Source: Guillardia theta CCMP2712 (Eukaryota; Protista; Cryptophyta). From it: DNA of 64,000 nucleotides. This document shows, piece by piece, positions 60,665 to 64,000 of this stretch. The notes under the pieces were generated by a model, which ran no database searches, had not been told where the DNA came from, and saw only the letters and a program-made list of their open reading frames with translations. Location: positions 420,899-484,898 of the forward strand of contig NW_005434632.1 in NCBI RefSeq assembly GCF_000315625.1, given 5' to 3'. Numbering within the stretch: position 1 is the first letter of the stretch; every line of letters starts with the position of its first letter. Made by a program: the position numbers and the translations under genes.

Positions 60665-62502
60665 TGAATGAATAAACAGCCGATTTTGAAGCCGTGAAAC
60701 CTTTTTAAGCCTGGTAGCCTGGCCGTGGTGTGCCAGCCCGGCGCCCGGCCGGGATCATGGCAAGCCTGAAGTGCACTGTTACTATAGTACGGTACGCGGT
60801 ACTGCGTACCGCGGGGGCGGGCGGGCAGGTGACCGCCCGGGGATCATCGGCCGCTCGGCGGGCGGCGGCCGGGGGCGCGGGCGGCGGGACTCCGTGACGG
60901 CGTCTCCTGGGCCCCGGCGCCGCGCGCCGGCGGCCCCCCGCGCGGCCCCGGGGGTTGAACGGTCCGGTCCGGCGCCGGCCCCCGACTGCGCCGGGCGGCC
61001 GGGCGGGCTGCCAGTGCCAGGGGCCCGGGGGGCCGCCCCCACATCGCCGGAAGTTCGGAACCTGTCACGGTCGGACCGTAGCAAGATCCGGGATGCCAGT
61101 GCCACACTGTTACGGTACCGGGCCCGCTAGCCGCTTCAACATCAGACGGTAATTGAAGGGCCTCGCCCCCCCGGCCCTCACGGAGTCACGGTCACGGGTC
61201 ACTCAGTGCCAGTGCAGCCTCCGAGCCCGTGCGGCGGCGGCGATCGGCCCGGCCCCGGGCCGGATGGTACGGTCGGCAATTCGATCTCGGAGTCAGTGAT
61301 CGGAGGTGACTCAGGCCGGGCTGAACCGGGCTGGCGGAGGCTCGCCGCGGGCCCGGCCCCCCGCTGGCTCCGAGGCTGGGCCCGGGCCGGGCCGATCACG
61401 GCTGCCTCAGTGCAGTGCTTCCGTGACTGCGATTCAGAGCTCGGCCGCCCGGGCCCGGCCGGAGGTGCCCTGAGGCGCACTCATTCATAATTGAATCACA
61501 AAAATAGCAACGCGGCCATTTGGCCGGTTATAGGAAACCTAAGGACCGGTCATAGCATTTGAATTCTGGTCCACTATTCAAGTAGACCACTTCGTAGGAA
61601 GTATAGGAGCAGACATATAGAGATGTCCATCGCCCTAGGACCAATTTGAAACGGTTTGTGTTTTGTCGAGCAGAGACGGGTGGGGTGATTCTGCAATATG
61701 GGTGATGCGCTCCAGGGGTAGTAACCCCTACCTACTCTCTCATGATTCACCATGGTACAAAGACCTACATTATGGTAGCGACAAGGGCTACCGAGAAATT
61801 AGTGGGTAGGTTGAACTTTTTGATAGGGGTAGGGTAGGGGAGAGTGCTATAAAAAATCTCAGAGCTCTACATGTTGCGGGAGGTGCAGATGTAGCACGGT
61901 TCATGATATGCTGGACGGGACAGGGAGGCGAAAGGTCGGGGTGGGGCAGGGAAAGGACAGCGGAGAAGAGGAGAAGAGAAAGCTCTCAGTGTGAACCGGT
62001 TACACAATTTATGGACTTGATGTGATGTGAAACAAACGGGGAAAGTTTGGGTGAACAGAAGCAGTGATGTTTGTACGTGAAAGAAAAATCTCTCGTTGGA
62101 ATGCGATCACAAACAGGGGATAAACAAGTATGAACAAGTATGCCTTAGGATGCAGACGAAGGTTAAATCGTACAAGAAAGCTCGATAGAGAAAACAAAAG
62201 ATCAAATTCATGCTCCCAGTGGGAAGTAGGAAGGACTGTCATAATTTTAGAAAAGCATAAGGTATGGTTATATAGTGTATCTGGATGTGAATAGATGATA
62301 CGATTGCAAAATCTGACGCCTGGAAATGAAGACTAAGCGAGAAACTCATGACCGTGTGAAATGCCTCAAATGTAAAAAAGTCCACGATAACAAGACGATT
62401 GCAATCACCCATGAAAAAACTATGTATTTTGTACAAAAATTCAGCAACCCACAAACGCAAGAATTCGGTTCCATCATACAATTGCATCCGTCATGCTGCT
62501 CT

Positions 62503-63380
62503 CTGCGTTTCTTCGTTTTGTTTGCGTGTAGAGGCTCGACCGTGGAGCACAAGGCTTGCGGAGGCAGTGACCACACAGGAGGAACACCTCAATGAGTGGG
62601 AGTAGGCAGGGTCAGGTTTGGGAACTTGCTTCTTGTCAGAGTGAATGGTTGTCAGCTTTGCAGACGAATAACTCGTTGATCATCTGTATGTGAATCTCTC
62701 GTGCATGGTAGGAGTGCATCAGGTTTGGGGGGACTTGCTTTCTGCGTTTCTTCGTTTTGTTTGCGTGTAGAGGCTCGACCGTGGAGCACAAGGCATGCGG
62801 AGGCAGTGACCACACAGGAGGAACACCTCAATGAGTGGGAGTAGGCAGGGTCAGGTTTGGGAACTTGCTTCTTGTCAGAGTGAATGGTTGTCAGCTTTGC
62901 AGACGAATAACTCGTTGATCATCTGTATGTGAATCTCTCGTGCATGGTAGGAGTGCATCAGGTTTGGGGGGACTTGCTTTCTGCGTTTCTTCGTTTTGTT
63001 TGCGTGTAGAGGCTCGACCGTGGAGCACAAGGCATGCGGAGGCAGTGACCACACAGGAGGAACACCTCAATGAGTGGGAGTAGGCAGGGTCAGGTTTGGG
63101 AACTTGCTTCTTGTCAGAGTGAATGGTTGTCAGCTTTGCAGACGAATAACTCGTTGATCATCTGTATGTGAATCTCTCGTGCATGGTAGGAGTGCATCAG
63201 GTTTGGGGGGACTTGCTTTCTGCGTTTCTTCGTTTTGTTTGCGTGTAGAGGCTCGACCGTGGAGCACAAGGCATACGGAGGCAGTGACCACACAGGAGGA
63301 ACACCTCAATGAGTGGGAGTAGGCAGGGTCAGGTTTGGGAACTTGCTTCTTGTCAGAGTGAATGGTTGTCAGCTTTGCAG
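62503..63380. repeat. 239-bp tandem repeat, about 3.7 near-identical copies
   Basis: The unit starts CTGCGTTTCTTCGTTTTG at 62503, 62742, 62981 and 63220. Copies differ only around AAGGC(T/A)T(G/A)CGG. Confidence 0.95.
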
Positions 63381-63845
63381 TTATTCAACTTTTCTCCTTT
63401 TTTTTATTTGGTTTGCTCTTATGGTTTGGTTTTTATTTGTTTGTTTTTTTCTTTTTTGGTTAACAACAAGGTTTTCCTTGTTGTTTTTTTTGACTGGACG
63501 TTGGGTCTTCACCATCTTCAATGATGGCAGTCTGCTTGCTTCTTTGTTTTCTTATTTGTTTTTTCCTGAGTCGCAGGTGGTGTGGCTTGCTTTTTACTGG
63601 GTTTGTCTAGTTTCTTTCTCATTCTCTTTTCGTTCTCTCAAGTCTCTGGTTTACTGGTTTTTCATCGCAATCTCATGTTTACTATCTTGACAACACCTTT
63701 TGTAACTTTGCAGAGGTGAAAGCATCGGAATAAACTTTACGTTTCATTCCTGTGTCAACACATTCTTTCTATTCCTGCTCTAGTTTCTCGTCTCCTTCAT
63801 CGAGTTGCTCTTACCTTGCCTCCTTCTTGTGCCTCAAAACGTATT

Positions 63846-64000
<155 letters not shown>

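Noticed and set aside
60771-61490. Pro/Gly/Arg-rich ORFs on both strands
   Set aside because: Stop-poor GC-rich DNA gives ORFs in all frames; no motif or codon pattern supports them.
62503-63380. CRISPR-like array
   Set aside because: Units are contiguous and nearly identical with no unique spacers, there are no cas genes, and the context is eukaryotic.
63309-63690. Phe-rich membrane protein ORFs
   Set aside because: They are explained by T-rich low-complexity sequence.

Overview
Eukaryotic, intron-rich nuclear DNA of moderate GC content. Short GT-AG introns alternate with long purine/pyrimidine-biased introns. Signal peptides followed by Phe (bipartite plastid leaders), plus RWP-RK and Zn2Cys6 regulators, point to an alga with a complex red plastid; a cryptophyte such as Guillardia is my inference. 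I read about 20 protein genes: a DUF1279-like protein, a large secreted beta-helix/EGF protein, three RWP-RK factors, a NifS/selenocysteine-lyase-like enzyme, a BAH+UIM+EDM2-like methyltransferase-domain protein, a double Zn2Cys6 factor, an Rh-type ammonium transporter, a Ski2/ISE2-like RNA helicase, a RAP-domain protein, Cys-rich membrane proteins, an RRM-CCCH-MTase-like protein and a catalytically degenerate piggyBac-derived gene. There is also one near-full-length CRE-like (RT + restriction-like endonuclease) non-LTR retrotransposon with several scrambled 3'-end derivatives, a 239-bp tandem repeat and microsatellites. The strongest leads are: (1) the BAH-UIM-EDM2-like fusion, (2) a hydrophobic 57-codon frame after the retrotransposon stop codon whose substitutions between copies are all synonymous, and (3) the apparently domesticated piggyBac gene head-to-head with an RRM-CCCH-MTase-like gene. 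All family assignments come from motif recognition by eye. Exon boundaries are approximate unless stated.
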